The notes beneath the pieces are model-generated. The model was not told where the DNA came from. It searched no databases and worked only from the letters and a program-made list of their open reading frames with translations. Shown here one piece after another: positions 1-11,400 of a stretch of 64,000 nucleotides of DNA (position 1 is its first letter; the number at the start of each line of letters is the position of its first letter). The translations under genes were made by a program, and so were the position numbers. Origin of the DNA: a virus (taxonomy: Duplodnaviria > Caudoviricetes); IMG/VR virus record IMGVR_UViG_3300048060_000061, positions 39,197-103,196 of that record. The stretch is one strand, 5' to 3'.

Positions 1-1
1 A

Positions 2-280
2 GACTCAGATCAACCAGATTTTGCTCAGGCTGAACAGGATTATTTGGATAGAATGGAAAAAGCTGAAGCGTCCAGGATAGATAGAGAAACCAAGTTCGTA
101 TTGTCTCAATTGGAATTATCTCCCAGGATACACGAACTTTTAGCGAATGATAACATTCGACTTTGGACCGTCGAACGTTTAGCACGTGCGGAGCCTGAAA
201 CGTTAACAGGTTATTCAGGTATAGGAATAAAAACAGCAAATACTATTATTGCCAAAGCACAAAAATTAGTAGGTGAGTAA
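2..280 (+). CDS. Helix-hairpin-helix domain protein, 5'-truncated
   Basis: Frame is open from position 2; C-terminal LTGYSGIGIKTANTII is an HhH motif. Confidence 0.55.
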   Translation, partial: DSDQPDFAQAEQDYLDRMEKAEASRIDRETKFVLSQLELSPRIHELLANDNIRLWTVERLARAEPETLTGYSGIGIKTANTIIAKAQKLVGE

Positions 281-298
281 TTGGTATTTCAGAAAAAT

Positions 299-338
299 AA
301 AAAGCCCCCTTCTTCTGGATTGAAGCAGGGGGCTTTTT
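299..338. terminator. Bidirectional intrinsic terminator
   Basis: AAAAAGCCCCCT...AGGGGGCTTTTT hairpin between convergent genes. Confidence 0.8.
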
Positions 339-345
339 GAATATA

Positions 346-585
346 TTATCTGCCAGCCGGACCAGACCAGTAGTTGCCTTGCAGACTACCTACCTTGTTC
401 GTTCTGATTTCATGACATTCATAGTCTGGGGTGATTTGGTTCATCATTACTTCTTCGCCAATTAATTTCCCGTTTAAAGCATCAGTTATAAATCTTGCTG
501 TTTCTTGATCTTCTATACCAGATGCTATAACTTTTTCGATTGGCCTATTGTCTATTCTAACAAAGATAAAGATACCAATTTTCAT
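346..585 (-). CDS. Hypothetical protein
   Basis: 79-aa ORF in the minus-strand cassette. Confidence 0.5.
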   Translation of the reverse strand: MKIGIFIFVRIDNRPIEKVIASGIEDQETARFITDALNGKLIGEEVMMNQITPDYECHEIRTNKVGSLQGNYWSGPAGR

Positions 586-636
586 TTTTCACAGCACAGA
601 ACACAGTTGATTTTTCGAGATATTTTACTGTCTGTT

Positions 637-1200
637 TCATAATGATTTCTCCAATCTCTCTATCGCATCGACATACAGTTGCCCGCGTGGGGGGCAGGCA
701 TAATCACTGCCGCCCCAATGGTCGAGGGCATCAAATTTCTTGAACGATCGGCAACCGCTATTATACCAATCTTGCCCATCTTTATACCATCTAATAAGAA
801 TGTAACCATCCTCGCGACGGGGATCCTTTAATAGAACCTCTATCCCTTTGCAATTTTCGATTGTTGCAAAATTAAGTTTGGCGTCGCGCAGGTTGGCCCC
901 AATCAGATTGGCGTCGCTCAGGTTGGCCCAGCGCAGGTTGGCCCCGTTCAGGTTGGCCCCGCTCAGGTCGGCCCCGCTCAGGTCGGCCCCGCGCAGGTCG
1001 GCCCCAATCAGCTTGGCCCCGCGCAGGTCGGCTCCAATTAGCTTGGCCCCGCGCAGGTTGGCCTCGCGCAGGTCGGCCCCGCTCAGATTAGTGTTCGTCA
1101 AGTTAGCCCTGCTCAGGTTAGCGTCACGCAGATCGGCGGCGCGCAGGTCGCCGCCGGTCAGGTTGGCCCTACTCAGATTTTGCTTTTGCTCTGTATTCAT
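637..1200 (-). CDS. Pentapeptide-repeat protein (paralog 1)
   Basis: A(D/N)LxG/R repeats plus C-terminal EDGYILIRWYKDGQDWYNSGCRSF domain; AAAGGA RBS. Confidence 0.92.
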   Translation of the reverse strand: MNTEQKQNLSRANLTGGDLRAADLRDANLSRANLTNTNLSGADLREANLRGAKLIGADLRGAKLIGADLRGADLSGADLSGANLNGANLRWANLSDANLIGANLRDAKLNFATIENCKGIEVLLKDPRREDGYILIRWYKDGQDWYNSGCRSFKKFDALDHWGGSDYACPPRGQLYVDAIERLEKSL

Positions 1201-1331
1201 TGGTTAGTCCTTTCTCGCTAGTTAAATTACTCAGTCTTAAATACAAGTATAACCGATTTTAACTAATTTCAATAATTTAAGGTAGTATTCTAATTTGTTC
1301 TATCTATCTCTTGCCTTAAGCCTTTGAAAAA

Positions 1332-1436
1332 TTGATAAACGTTCCATAATTCGCTATAATGTAAGAAACACATAAGCCCGGCGCAAGCCTCGCGTACATC
1401 AGGTTCGGAAACTCACCTTTACGGTGAGTTTTTTTT
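1332..1436 (+). promoter_or_regulatory. Sigma70-type promoter, conserved leader and terminator (copy 1)
   Basis: TTGATA-17-TATAAT, then GCCCGGCGCAAGCCTCGCGTACATCAGGTTCGG, then AAACTCACC-loop-GGTGAGTTT and a T-tract. Confidence 0.8.
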
Positions 1437-1446
1437 GTGAGAACCT

Positions 1447-2664
1447 ATGGCGAGATCTGATACTGTCACTTTACTTCCTCTTGATCGCTATGCACAGATT
1501 ATGCAAATCCCTCTCCCACATTTTAATCAGATGAATGGTAATAAGGCTCCAAAAGTTGGAGCTAATTGTAATAGTTTGTGGGACCAAAACGCCAGAGATG
1601 CGTTAGCCTGGGTAATGGCACAGGCAGAGGAGATGATTGCAGAATATCTCAATTTCTGGCCTAGCCCAAAATTCATTACCGAAGAAGAAATTCAATTCAG
1701 TTTGCCGGGAATTCGGAGTGATTGGTGGCACGCAGAAGTTCCAACTCGGTGGTCTAAAATAGACTGTTTTGGAACTGAACAGTTAACGCTAAAAATGGCT
1801 GATGCTAATGTCATTTATACCAATTCAAATAATAATCCGAATGATCGAGAAAACTTGGCGACTATCTCAAGTACCGGTCTTTATGTTGACGAACTGGGCG
1901 CATGTGATGACAAGTGCGAGGTGGCCGTATTCTTTCGTGAGGCAGATGGGGCAGAAGACTCGGCAGATTGCCGATGGGAGATAAGACCACTCAAGGTGGA
2001 TATTGATGGTTCAACTATGTCAATAACCGGTGATAGCGCAATGTTTGTAAAACCCGAGCTTTGGGAATTGACTGAACTTGAATCAGAAGGTTCTGTGGAT
2101 AGTGAAGCATGGGAGATTAACTTCGATACCGCTAATCTTGTTTCACAAGTAGATGTCTATTGTAGAACAGTCAACCAGGCAACACCTGTTACCCTGCTCT
2201 GGGAAGGTATATGCGATTGCCCCGGCGTGTGTGAACATTCAACTCAAACAGCTTGCGCGTATAGGACTGATAAACGACGCGGTTTTTTCGTCCCAAGGTC
2301 GGCTACCTGGAATGGCACAAGAAATATTTTTGCCAGTCCATTACATCGCCATATTGCACCCGAAAGTCTACAAGCAAATTATCGGGCGGGGATGCCTCTT
2401 GATAAATCTTGCAGGATGAACCAGTCAATGGAGCGGGCCATCGTAAAGCTGACAAATGCCCTGCTTCCTGAGCCGCCGTGTTCGTTTTGTGGTGATGTAG
2501 CCGTGAGAATTTGGCAAGACGACCGCAAGGCAGTCGATCCGTTGACTCCTGAAGCGGCCAGCATGCCGTTTGATATCTACAAACGCGGTGCGCTTGAAGC
2601 CTGGCGAATTATTAAATTGTTCGCTAGAGGTAGGGGCGGTAAAATGGGCAGAGGATATCGTTGA
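1447..2664 (+). CDS. Putative head-tail adaptor/virion structural protein
   Basis: 405 aa, upstream of tail genes; C-terminal YRAG...RAIVKLTNALLPEPPC resembles adaptor proteins. Confidence 0.5.
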   Translation: MARSDTVTLLPLDRYAQIMQIPLPHFNQMNGNKAPKVGANCNSLWDQNARDALAWVMAQAEEMIAEYLNFWPSPKFITEEEIQFSLPGIRSDWWHAEVPTRWSKIDCFGTEQLTLKMADANVIYTNSNNNPNDRENLATISSTGLYVDELGACDDKCEVAVFFREADGAEDSADCRWEIRPLKVDIDGSTMSITGDSAMFVKPELWELTELESEGSVDSEAWEINFDTANLVSQVDVYCRTVNQATPVTLLWEGICDCPGVCEHSTQTACAYRTDKRRGFFVPRSATWNGTRNIFASPLHRHIAPESLQANYRAGMPLDKSCRMNQSMERAIVKLTNALLPEPPCSFCGDVAVRIWQDDRKAVDPLTPEAASMPFDIYKRGALEAWRIIKLFARGRGGKMGRGYR

Positions 2665-2838
2665 TACAATCTTCGCGTAAGACTGCGGCCCACCTGACGC
2701 TCTGATTTCTCGCTGTAATTCGGTCTATTATTGCCTGCGGTAATGGAGCGGTTGCCATAAAAACAAAAACTCACCATTGGTTGATGAGTTTTTGACTAGT
2801 ACTGGCAAATATATGGCAACAAATCTTTTTGCAATCAG

Positions 2839-3027
2839 CTAAGTATTCTGATCTAAAGCCATCCTAACCAGCATGCAAATGTATGTCGCCATTGGTATAA
2901 GGCCACGTTCTTTCTGTAGGCGGTCGTACAATTCGGGCGGCATTGTTACCATGTGCCGCACGAACTTTTTTTCCCCCTTGCTTGCTTTGGTCTTTGGCCC
3001 TGTTTTGGATCGTGTATTGCTTTCCAT
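2839..3027 (-). CDS. Ribbon-helix-helix-like small DNA-binding protein
   Basis: RHMVTMPPELYDRL...MATYICMLVRMAL pattern. Confidence 0.55.
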   Translation of the reverse strand: MESNTRSKTGPKTKASKGEKKFVRHMVTMPPELYDRLQKERGLIPMATYICMLVRMALDQNT

Positions 3028-3085
3028 AATCAGTTCCTTTCATAGTGCGAAAATTCAAATCATCCCAAAATATATTCCACTTTTG

Positions 3086-3523
3086 TCACGTTTTAGGCAC
3101 GAACCCTTTGCAATTTTCTAACCTGGCCTTGTTTAGGTTAGCCTCGTTCAAGTTGGCTCCGTTCAAGTTGGCTCCGTTTAAGTTGGCTCCGCGCAAGTCA
3201 GCCTCACTCAGGTTAGCGTCGGTCAGGTTGGCGTCGCGCAAGTCAGCCCAGCGCAAGTCAGCGCAGGTCAGGTTAGTATTTGTCAGGTTGGCCCCGATCA
3301 GGTCGGCTCTGATCAGTTTGGCATCGGTCAGATCGGCTCCGATCAACTTGGCTCCGATCAGCTTGGCTCCGATTAGTTTGGCGCTGTTCAAGTCGGCATC
3401 GCGTAAGTCGGCCCTGCACAGGTTGGCCCCGATTAGCTTGGCCCCGCACAGGATAACCCTGTTCAGATCGGCTCCGTATAGGTCAGCTCCGTATAGGTTG
3501 GCGTCGCGCAGATTTTTCTTCAT
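3086..3523 (-). CDS. Pentapeptide-repeat protein (paralog 2, lacks the C-terminal domain)
   Basis: Continuous ADL/ANL/AKL pentapeptides. Confidence 0.9.
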   Translation of the reverse strand: MKKNLRDANLYGADLYGADLNRVILCGAKLIGANLCRADLRDADLNSAKLIGAKLIGAKLIGADLTDAKLIRADLIGANLTNTNLTCADLRWADLRDANLTDANLSEADLRGANLNGANLNGANLNEANLNKARLENCKGFVPKT

Positions 3524-3550
3524 AATGTTTAGTCCTTTATAGTATTTTCT

Positions 3551-4129
3551 TTAGTTCCCTAAAATGGCATCAATGTATTGTTGACCCCGTTCTTTATCTG
3601 GGTAGTTCTTGCTACCCCAATGGTCGAGGGCAACAGATTTCTTGAATGATCGGCAACCGCTATTATACCAATCTTGCCCATCTTTATACCATCTAATCAG
3701 GATGTAACCATCCTCGCGGGGATCCTTTAATAGAACCTTTATTCCTTTGCAATTTTCGATTGTTGCAAAGTTAAAAGTAGCGTCGCGCAGATTGGCGTCG
3801 CGCAGTTTGGCTCCGATTATCTTGGCCCAACGCAGGTCGGCCCCACTCAGGTTAGCTCCGATCAGGTTGGCGTCGCGCAGGTAGGCCCCGTATAGGTTGG
3901 CCCCGCGCAGGTCGACATTACTCAGGTCGGCCCCGCGCAGGTTAGCCCCGCTCAGGTTGGCCCCACTCAGGTTGGCCTCGCGCAGGTCGGCCCCGTGTAG
4001 GTCAGCCCTGTGTAGGTCGGCTCCGTGTAGGTCGGCCCAGCGCAGGTCGGTCCAACTCAGATCAGCTCCGTTCAGATTGGCGTTCATTAGGTTGGCCCTG
4101 CTCAGATTTTGCTTTTGCTCTGTATTCAT
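3551..4129 (-). CDS. Pentapeptide-repeat protein (paralog 3)
   Basis: Pentapeptide repeats plus the shared C-terminal domain. Confidence 0.92.
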   Translation of the reverse strand: MNTEQKQNLSRANLMNANLNGADLSWTDLRWADLHGADLHRADLHGADLREANLSGANLSGANLRGADLSNVDLRGANLYGAYLRDANLIGANLSGADLRWAKIIGAKLRDANLRDATFNFATIENCKGIKVLLKDPREDGYILIRWYKDGQDWYNSGCRSFKKSVALDHWGSKNYPDKERGQQYIDAILGN

Positions 4130-4187
4130 TGGTTAGTCCTTTTCATTATTAGTATTGGATTGACAGATTTCTTCAGAACCGGAGGGC

Positions 4188-4733
4188 TTACGTATAATCT
4201 AGTTCTTTGATCATTTTCTTGACTTTTTCGATTTCTTCAGACGTATGAGCTATGCCTGAATTTAGGAAAATATACCATTCTAACACGCCTTTATTATCCA
4301 AATTGTTGACGTGAACGATAAAGGCATGAGTCAAGTGATGTAGTTTATCTTCATATTCATCAAAATAATGCCCGAAGGCTTTGACCTTATTTTCCAAAAA
4401 ACACAGAACTGCTGTGAGGCGTTGCTTGCCGTCTACCAAGGTTATCGGACCATCAAACGAAGTATCCCAGCCATAGCAGTTGAAATAAATATCACGGCCG
4501 CTGCGTCCACCTTGTAAAATGAATTCAATATAGGCAGATTGCTGGTCCGATGACCATACATGCCCCCGTTGGTACGGAGGATCTAAATCGACTGTAAAAC
4601 ATTCTGCCCATTCATTAAGCTGTGCTTGAATTCTTTCCCAGTGGATCGTTACAGCGTAACGATCGCTGGGTACTTGTTTAATGTCCTCAAATTTCATTTT
4701 AGTCATCTCCTTTTTCGTTAATCTTTCTATCAC
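4188..4733 (-). CDS. DUF262 (ParB-like/GmrS-type) domain protein
   Basis: LDPPYQRGHVWS and LVDGKQRLTA motifs. Confidence 0.85.
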   Translation of the reverse strand: MIERLTKKEMTKMKFEDIKQVPSDRYAVTIHWERIQAQLNEWAECFTVDLDPPYQRGHVWSSDQQSAYIEFILQGGRSGRDIYFNCYGWDTSFDGPITLVDGKQRLTAVLCFLENKVKAFGHYFDEYEDKLHHLTHAFIVHVNNLDNKGVLEWYIFLNSGIAHTSEEIEKVKKMIKELDYT

Positions 4734-4846
4734 TCAGTCTTGAATACAAGTATAACCGATTTTACCTATATTGTCAACTAATTTCAATAATTTAAGGTAG
4801 TATTCTAATTTGTTCTATCTATCTCTTGCCTTTTACCTTTGAAAAA

Positions 4847-4951
4847 TTGATAAACGTTCCATAATTCGCTATAATGTAAGAAACATATAAGCCCGGCGCA
4901 AGCCTCGCGTACATCAGGTTCGGAAACTCGCCTTTACGGTGAGTTTTTTTT
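4847..4951 (+). promoter_or_regulatory. Promoter, conserved leader and terminator (copy 2)
   Basis: Part of a ~210-bp near-duplicate of 1229-1436; a divergent TTGACA-17-TATACT promoter lies on the minus strand at 4749-4777. Confidence 0.8.
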
Positions 4952-5023
4952 GTTTGAAAATAGTCTGGAAGAGCGCAGACATAGTTAAAAGAAATAGTAG
5001 CAATAACGCAAAAAGAGGTAATT

Positions 5024-6484
5024 ATGGCGACAATTGTCTATAATTCTGTTAAGAATGCGCTCTGGTTAGTACGCGAATGTACTGGGAACCTGGAATTTCT
5101 TGGCTGCCATGATTTAACAGATCTCACGCGTCCTTTGGGCGAAATAACGAACAGCTACCAGCGCAGTGACAAAAATAAATTTGATATAGTTGCAACCAAA
5201 CGAGCCATTCCTGAGCCGGGAACCGCATCAGTAGCGCTATATCGTCAAGTCGTAAATTTACTTGATGAAATCCCTTGTCCATTTAGCCTATTGGTATTCA
5301 ATTCGAATTGCGGATCTGATGAAGATCCGACTAACTATGATTTCATTGATGTCCTGGACTCGATCGACAAACTTGAAATCAGCCAGGCTAATGTTGTCAA
5401 TGCAATCGGTGCGGATGGCGCGACTGATGTAGGCGGTGATGTCCTTCAAGAAATCAGTATACAATTTCAAAATTTTTTCACTATGAAGCCTCTCCTTTCT
5501 ACTGATTTGACACTCGCATCATTAGCTGGTCGCATTGTCTCAGATATTTCAGTTTGTGATACTGATCCAGAATGTGGCGATTGCGATACTCCAACTATCG
5601 GATGTCAAACGCTCTGGATTATCACCAACGGGTCACCGGGCTTCTATGGTGATGCTCGTATCTTTAAATCAACAGATGGCGGTACAACCTGGACTGAACA
5701 AACCAACAGTATGACAATAGATAGTGACAACCTGAGTTCGGTTTCCTGTTCTGGAGATGTAGTTGTTGTCACAAACGGAACTACTGCTGAATATCAATTT
5801 ACAAATGATGGTGGTACAACCTGGACGTTAGTCACCACACCAGATCAAGTTATCAGCGATGTGTTCGTTTTATCAGATACGAAGATTTGGTTTGCTGCTG
5901 CCGGTGGGAATATCTATTTCAGCAGCGACAAGGGCGCCTCTATCGTCACTCAGGACGATGGAGTAGCTACTGCTCAAAATCTGAACAGTATCCATTTTGC
6001 TGATAGCGAAAAAGGTTATGCAGTCGGGGCGGCTAATGCCTTTGTAACCACAATTGACGGCGGAACATCCTGGGCGGCTGGTACTGGTCCGGCAGCGGCT
6101 ACTGTACTAAATATTGTCCGTGCCGTTCCAAACTCTAATATCGTTTTTGTTGGCGATGAGAATGGTGTGGTTTACAGGTCGGTTGATAAGGGTGTAACCT
6201 GGACCACTTCACTACCCGCTATCACAGCATTTGCTGGCGGTATCACTGATATTGCAATCTGTGAATGTAACCGAATTCTGGTAAGCGGTAATGATAGTGA
6301 TGGCCTGGGCTCAATTCGGGAAAGTATTGATGGCGGGAATACCTATACGGCAGTCACAACGCCAATTACTGGAGCGGAAAGTATCAATGCCCTGACTTGC
6401 TGCGACGTCAACACTTATTATGGCAGCGGAGATAATGGAACGATCTTCAAGGTGGCTGGCGCTTCATTCCGTGACACTGATTAA
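5024..6484 (+). CDS. Probable major tail (tube) protein with C-terminal BNR/Asp-box beta-propeller
   Basis: Lies before the chaperone and tape measure genes; repeated SxDGGxTW Asp-boxes in the C-terminal ~290 aa. Confidence 0.6.
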   Translation: MATIVYNSVKNALWLVRECTGNLEFLGCHDLTDLTRPLGEITNSYQRSDKNKFDIVATKRAIPEPGTASVALYRQVVNLLDEIPCPFSLLVFNSNCGSDEDPTNYDFIDVLDSIDKLEISQANVVNAIGADGATDVGGDVLQEISIQFQNFFTMKPLLSTDLTLASLAGRIVSDISVCDTDPECGDCDTPTIGCQTLWIITNGSPGFYGDARIFKSTDGGTTWTEQTNSMTIDSDNLSSVSCSGDVVVVTNGTTAEYQFTNDGGTTWTLVTTPDQVISDVFVLSDTKIWFAAAGGNIYFSSDKGASIVTQDDGVATAQNLNSIHFADSEKGYAVGAANAFVTTIDGGTSWAAGTGPAAATVLNIVRAVPNSNIVFVGDENGVVYRSVDKGVTWTTSLPAITAFAGGITDIAICECNRILVSGNDSDGLGSIRESIDGGNTYTAVTTPITGAESINALTCCDVNTYYGSGDNGTIFKVAGASFRDTD

Positions 6485-6511
6485 TAATTTTATAAAGTTA
6501 TAAGGATATAT

Positions 6512-6913
6512 ATGAAAATAGGTTTAGACTATGGTGGTGTTATTTCATTCTCTCCTGACGGATGGGCCAAAACTATCAAAAAGTCAATAGGAAATGGGCA
6601 TGAGATATTTCTTATCTCGCATGTTAACCCTGGCCTTATTGAACATTTACAAATGAGAACTGACTTTGCAGAAAAAACCGGTGCAGTCAATTTAACTTTC
6701 TCTGATCTTGAATGGCAGAGTCAAAAAAAACAAGTCGGTCAAAGAAAAGCAGATTTATGCATCCAACATGATATAGAAATTTTCATTGATGACGACTTAT
6801 TTATGGTTCAAGAAGTAGGCAGGATATGTAGCAGGTGTTCATCTCTTTATATTCCACAAAACTTATGGCAAGTTGGACAACGACTTATTGATGGACTGAC
6901 AGAGGATTGGTAA
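6512..6913 (+). CDS. HAD-superfamily-like protein
   Basis: KIGLDYGGVI (motif I-like) and IFIDDD (motif IV). Confidence 0.6.
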   Translation: MKIGLDYGGVISFSPDGWAKTIKKSIGNGHEIFLISHVNPGLIEHLQMRTDFAEKTGAVNLTFSDLEWQSQKKQVGQRKADLCIQHDIEIFIDDDLFMVQEVGRICSRCSSLYIPQNLWQVGQRLIDGLTEDW

Positions 6914-6917
6914 ACAA

Positions 6918-7657
6918 ATGACAGTAGATTTGATGGCCCTGGCCAAAACAGCAAACGAAACCTATATGGATGTTGATACATCTTTTGGCGAACTTCGTGT
7001 TTATCATGTACCCGACGCCATGCTTTTATCGATCGGTCCTGACAGACCTGAGCCGGAAATACCTGTAATTAGAATGAGGACAGCTACAGGCTATCAGGAT
7101 CGACAGGCCAAACCGGGGGATGAGCAATACGAAGCCTGGCAGCAAGATAAGACAAATTACGAAACTGAATCGTATCAATTACGAGTAGCAATAGGCGCAG
7201 TAAGCGCCTTAAAGGATATTGATTGGTCAAAATACGATCTAACAAAAGCGCCGCCAATTGATGCTGCTCAAGAAATGTATGATGGTAAATGGCCTGAGCA
7301 CGAACTGCTACGTAAAAAGGCGTGGCTAGATTGGACCATCCTTTTTAAACGCGGTGATCAGACTGCCATTCTTGATGCAATGAATACAATGAATGGCGAG
7401 AATGAACCAACTGATGGAATGGTGGAAGAAGTTAAAAAAAATTCGGTATCGTCCTAAAAACGAAGCCGAAGAAAAAAACAACATCTGATAATAGTTTCTC
7501 TATTGTTTCTCAAAATCCTATGTGGTACAGAGGAGCATCAGCAGCTCTCAAAGCCGGAAAACTCGACATATGGCCATATCTTCCCGCGTGGCATAAGGCA
7601 TTTATTATAGCCGTTGTCGAGGAAGATATTTTGATACATAATATAATCAATGGGTAG
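6918..7657 (+). CDS. Tail assembly chaperone G (6918-7457) and -1 frameshift GT product (to 7657)
   Basis: A8 run at 7434-7441 near the end of the ORF; the -1 frame is open for ~72 codons to TAG 7655-7657. Confidence 0.7.
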
Positions 7658-7659
7658 TT

Positions 7660-8151
7660 ATGGTAGCTCAACTAACCAAAAACATAAAGCCAAGGAAGCT
7701 AAAAATCGACAAGGTGCGGCTTCGAATTCTTAATGGACTACGTAAGGAAGGTCGGATCATTAAGAAAGAATTTGAAAAAACCACGGCTACTTGGAAAGGC
7801 GCGAAGCCAACATTTGAGATTGCTATCGGATTAACTGGGCAAGATGCGATTGTATTAGTAGGCCCGGCTGGTAATCCTGAAGGCGCACAAAAATGGCTAT
7901 GGTTGAATGACGGAACTAAGCCTCATGTAATTCAGGCTAAAAATGTACCTAATCTTGTTTTTAGAACTAACTTTAAGCCAAAAACAAAAGTAAAAACATT
8001 TTCATCAAAATCTGGTAGTATCTCTCCCCCCTGGAGAGCTACACCAAAGGTAAATCATCCTGGCATAGAGGCGCGAGATTGGACTGGTGAGATTGCCAAG
8101 AAGCGTAAGAAACCATTTACGAAAGCAATGATTAAAGCAGCACAGATATGA
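7660..8151 (+). CDS. HK97 gp10-like neck/tail completion protein
   Basis: Basic protein with WLNDGTKPHVI...VNHPG motif. Confidence 0.65.
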   Translation: MVAQLTKNIKPRKLKIDKVRLRILNGLRKEGRIIKKEFEKTTATWKGAKPTFEIAIGLTGQDAIVLVGPAGNPEGAQKWLWLNDGTKPHVIQAKNVPNLVFRTNFKPKTKVKTFSSKSGSISPPWRATPKVNHPGIEARDWTGEIAKKRKKPFTKAMIKAAQI

Positions 8152-8393
8152 CACTACTTAAAGATGATGGAACCGTTCCAACTCAACAAAACTCACGTAA
8201 TATGAATATTACAGCTTGGCCTACCAGGCGTCTGTCGAACGGCATAGGCATAAGTATCAAAGACGGTTGGAATGTTGGTATAGGTTTTGGTTTAGCTATG
8301 GCTATTGCTGTGCCACTAATTTTGTTACTTCTTGGCTGTATTATCGGGATCGGGATAGTAGCCCTGGGTGGCTCATTAGGAGCGTTGTTGTAA
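8148..8393 (+). CDS. Small membrane protein
   Basis: Long hydrophobic C-terminal segment; overlaps the upstream stop codon. Confidence 0.6.
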   Translation: MTLLKDDGTVPTQQNSRNMNITAWPTRRLSNGIGISIKDGWNVGIGFGLAMAIAVPLILLLLGCIIGIGIVALGGSLGALL

Positions 8394-8403
8394 AGGTGGA
8401 TAG

Positions 8404-11400
8404 ATGGCATTAGAACCTTCTGGAATATCACTACAAGCCAAAGGTTTCAAGGATTATGTTAAAAACCTTGATACCATAGAAAAGAAACAACGCGAAGCCT
8501 TTGATACCGAATTTGAAGGAACCAGTAAATCATTTGCTCAGGTAACCAAAGCAGCTAAAGCCTACGAAAAGGAGCTAGCTGCCGTTGCTGCTGCCGAAAA
8601 AAAAGCACAACAAGAGGCAGAAAAATTAGCTCAGGCTCAGGTAAAAGCTGCCGAAACAGCCCGTACTGCACAGAAAAAACAGGCTAAAGAAGCTGAAAGA
8701 AGTAGACGGGCTGGGCGTACTCAGGTAGGTGAAGGTGTTAGAGCTATTGCGACCGGCGATATATCTGGCGGCTTAAAAAATGTCGTAGGCGGACTTAAAG
8801 CTATCGGACCGGCGGCAGCGATTGCTACTGGCGGCCTTGCAGCAGTTGCAGCTGGCGCAGTCGTTGTTACTACTGCCGTAGGTGCGATTGGTGTAAGCGT
8901 TATTAATTTAGCTAAAGATACGGATACGGCAACAAGACAAATAGGAGCCGGTCTCGGAATTACAGCGGCGCAAGCAGCAGATAAATATAACAAATCAGTG
9001 CAGAATATTTTCAAAGATAATCCACAAGCTCAGTTTGGGGAAATTGCGCAAGCAATCACGCTAACTGAGCGTGCGCTTGATGGTCTAACAGATAAACAAT
9101 TAGAAAACATAGCAGGTCAGGCGATTAAAATTAGTGATCAGTTTGACCAAGATTTACCAAAAGTTATTGGAGCCTTTGAACAATCAATGGAACAATTAGG
9201 ACTTACTGGTGATCAAGCCGGTGACTTTATAACAGCATCTTTACAGAGACTTCCAGTTGATGATGCGATTGATAGTATTAACGAGTACAGTGGCACATTA
9301 GCAGACATGGGATTCGCTGGTGATGAGGCATTTTCGCTTTTACTTGGTGGTGCGCAAGGAGCAATTCTAGGAACTGACCGTGCAATTGATGCAATAAACG
9401 AATTTAACATAAGATTTGTAGAGGGCGGTGATGATATAAAAGAAAGTTTTGCTACCCTCGGATTAAATTTTGATGAGTTTAGACAAGCAGCAGAACAAGG
9501 AACCGGAACGGCGGCGGATGCTTTTAAGGCTTTTATTCAACGAGCCGGAGAGGTTGATTTAAGTATTACTTCTAACAGAGCGGCTGTTAACGCGCTTGGT
9601 ACTCAGTTTGAACAACTAAGTGCAGATACAATTAAAGCACTTGACCCTGACGCTATTGGCTTTGAAGATGTAGCAGGTGCGGCAGACAAACTTGATGAAC
9701 GTTTTGATACATTAGGTGGAGCTTTTCAACAAATAAGAGCTGGTGCATTAGTAGCCTTGGCCCCCATTGGCAAAGTTGTCTTGGACCTTGCCAACTCAAT
9801 CGTACCAAAAATAAAAGCAGCCTTTGAGGCAGTAAGGCCAGCTATAGAAGCCTTTGCCGCCAGAGTTGTACCAGCATTTGAATTTGGCGCCGCTGCCCTC
9901 GGCAGATTAGGAGAAAGTCTCGGATTAGCCCGAGACGGAGCTTCAACATTTGAATCTGTGCTAAATGGAGTTGCCGTTGTAATCGAAGGTGTGGCAGGTG
10001 GTATTGAAATCTTGGCCAGGGTTACCGAAACGTTCAGACAGATATTTGCATTTGCGCGCGCGGGCGCGGCGGCTTTTGGATCAATTATAAGCGATGTTTT
10101 TAGTACTGCTATAAAAAGTATCGGCGCGTTAGGGGCGGCTTTTCTAAAACTCGTCAAACTTGATTTCGCCGGGGCAGGCGAAGCGCTAAAAGATTTTGAA
10201 ATTATTGGTATTGATGATGTTAATAAATCTTTAGATAAAGCTGGACAGGCGGCAATTAGTAAATTCAAGGAAATTGCTGTCGATGTAGAAGAAATACCGA
10301 TCGAACCAGTTATTGTACCGGAGGTTGAAATACCGGCAGGTATTGATACGGGATTAGCAAAACCATTTATTGAACAGACCCAGGCTATAAAACTTAGCGA
10401 AGAAGCCCTTGAATCCTATCAAGGTGCATTAAAACAGGCAGAAGATTTACAACGATCTTTCTCCCGTGAAGCTGAAGATAGTGCCTTAAAACTAATTCGC
10501 GCCAATGAAGATATTGCCCGGTCGCAAGCCAAAGCGGAAAAAGATTTAGGTAGTAAACAGGCCAAGGATAGAGACAAACTTCTTGGTGATCAGATCCGAG
10601 AACTTGATGATTTTGAGAAAGATCGTAAGAAACAAATCGCTAAAGCCGAAGCGGATATTCGGCAAGCTCGAAAAGCGGCAGATGAGAAACGGAAACAAGA
10701 TCAGGCGAAACTTCAAAGAGAATTAAAACAGGCGCAGGACAGTTTCAATTTATCTCAATTGCAATCTGAACGACGGTTCAAATTGCAGGAAACGAGGCTG
10801 ATCGCAGAAGGCGATATTTTAGCCATACAGCAGCTTAGAGAAGATCAAGCCCTACAACGTCAAGAGGAAAAAGAAAACTTTGACGAGAGCCAAAAAGGGC
10901 GCATACAAAGTGCAGAGGAAACGCAGAAAGAGCAAGGCAAGGATTTAGAAAGCCAACTTAGTACGCTTAAGGCAAATCTTGAAGACCAAAAAGCGGAACT
11001 TTTAAGATCTTTTGATGAGCAGATAGAACAACAACGAATAGCACAAGCCGAAGAAAGAACATTACAGCAGCAAAAATTTGCGGAAGATGCCGCAGAACGA
11101 CAAATACAATTAGCCAGAGAAGAAGAAGATCGGCGTATCAGTCAACAAAGGCAGATTGAGGATCTGGGCCGGTCGTTGGCAGAACAAGCCGGGGTGACGG
11201 CTGAAGGGACTGCGGCTATAGCCGGCGAATTGGAAAAAGTCTTTGGTATTGATGGGGTAGCCGACAGTATCATGACCGGCTTTACCGAGAAAACTGAGAA
11301 CGAATTTACTGATTTGTTTGCGAATTTAGAGAAGACTGCTAGTGAAAGTAGCTTAAAGAAAATATTACAAGAAGTACAAGAAACAGCATTGCCAGGAACA

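Noticed and set aside
848-4136. Plus-strand RLAP/RSAP-repeat ORFs (848, 3045, 3897; also 51169)
   Set aside because: Antisense shadows of the pentapeptide genes.
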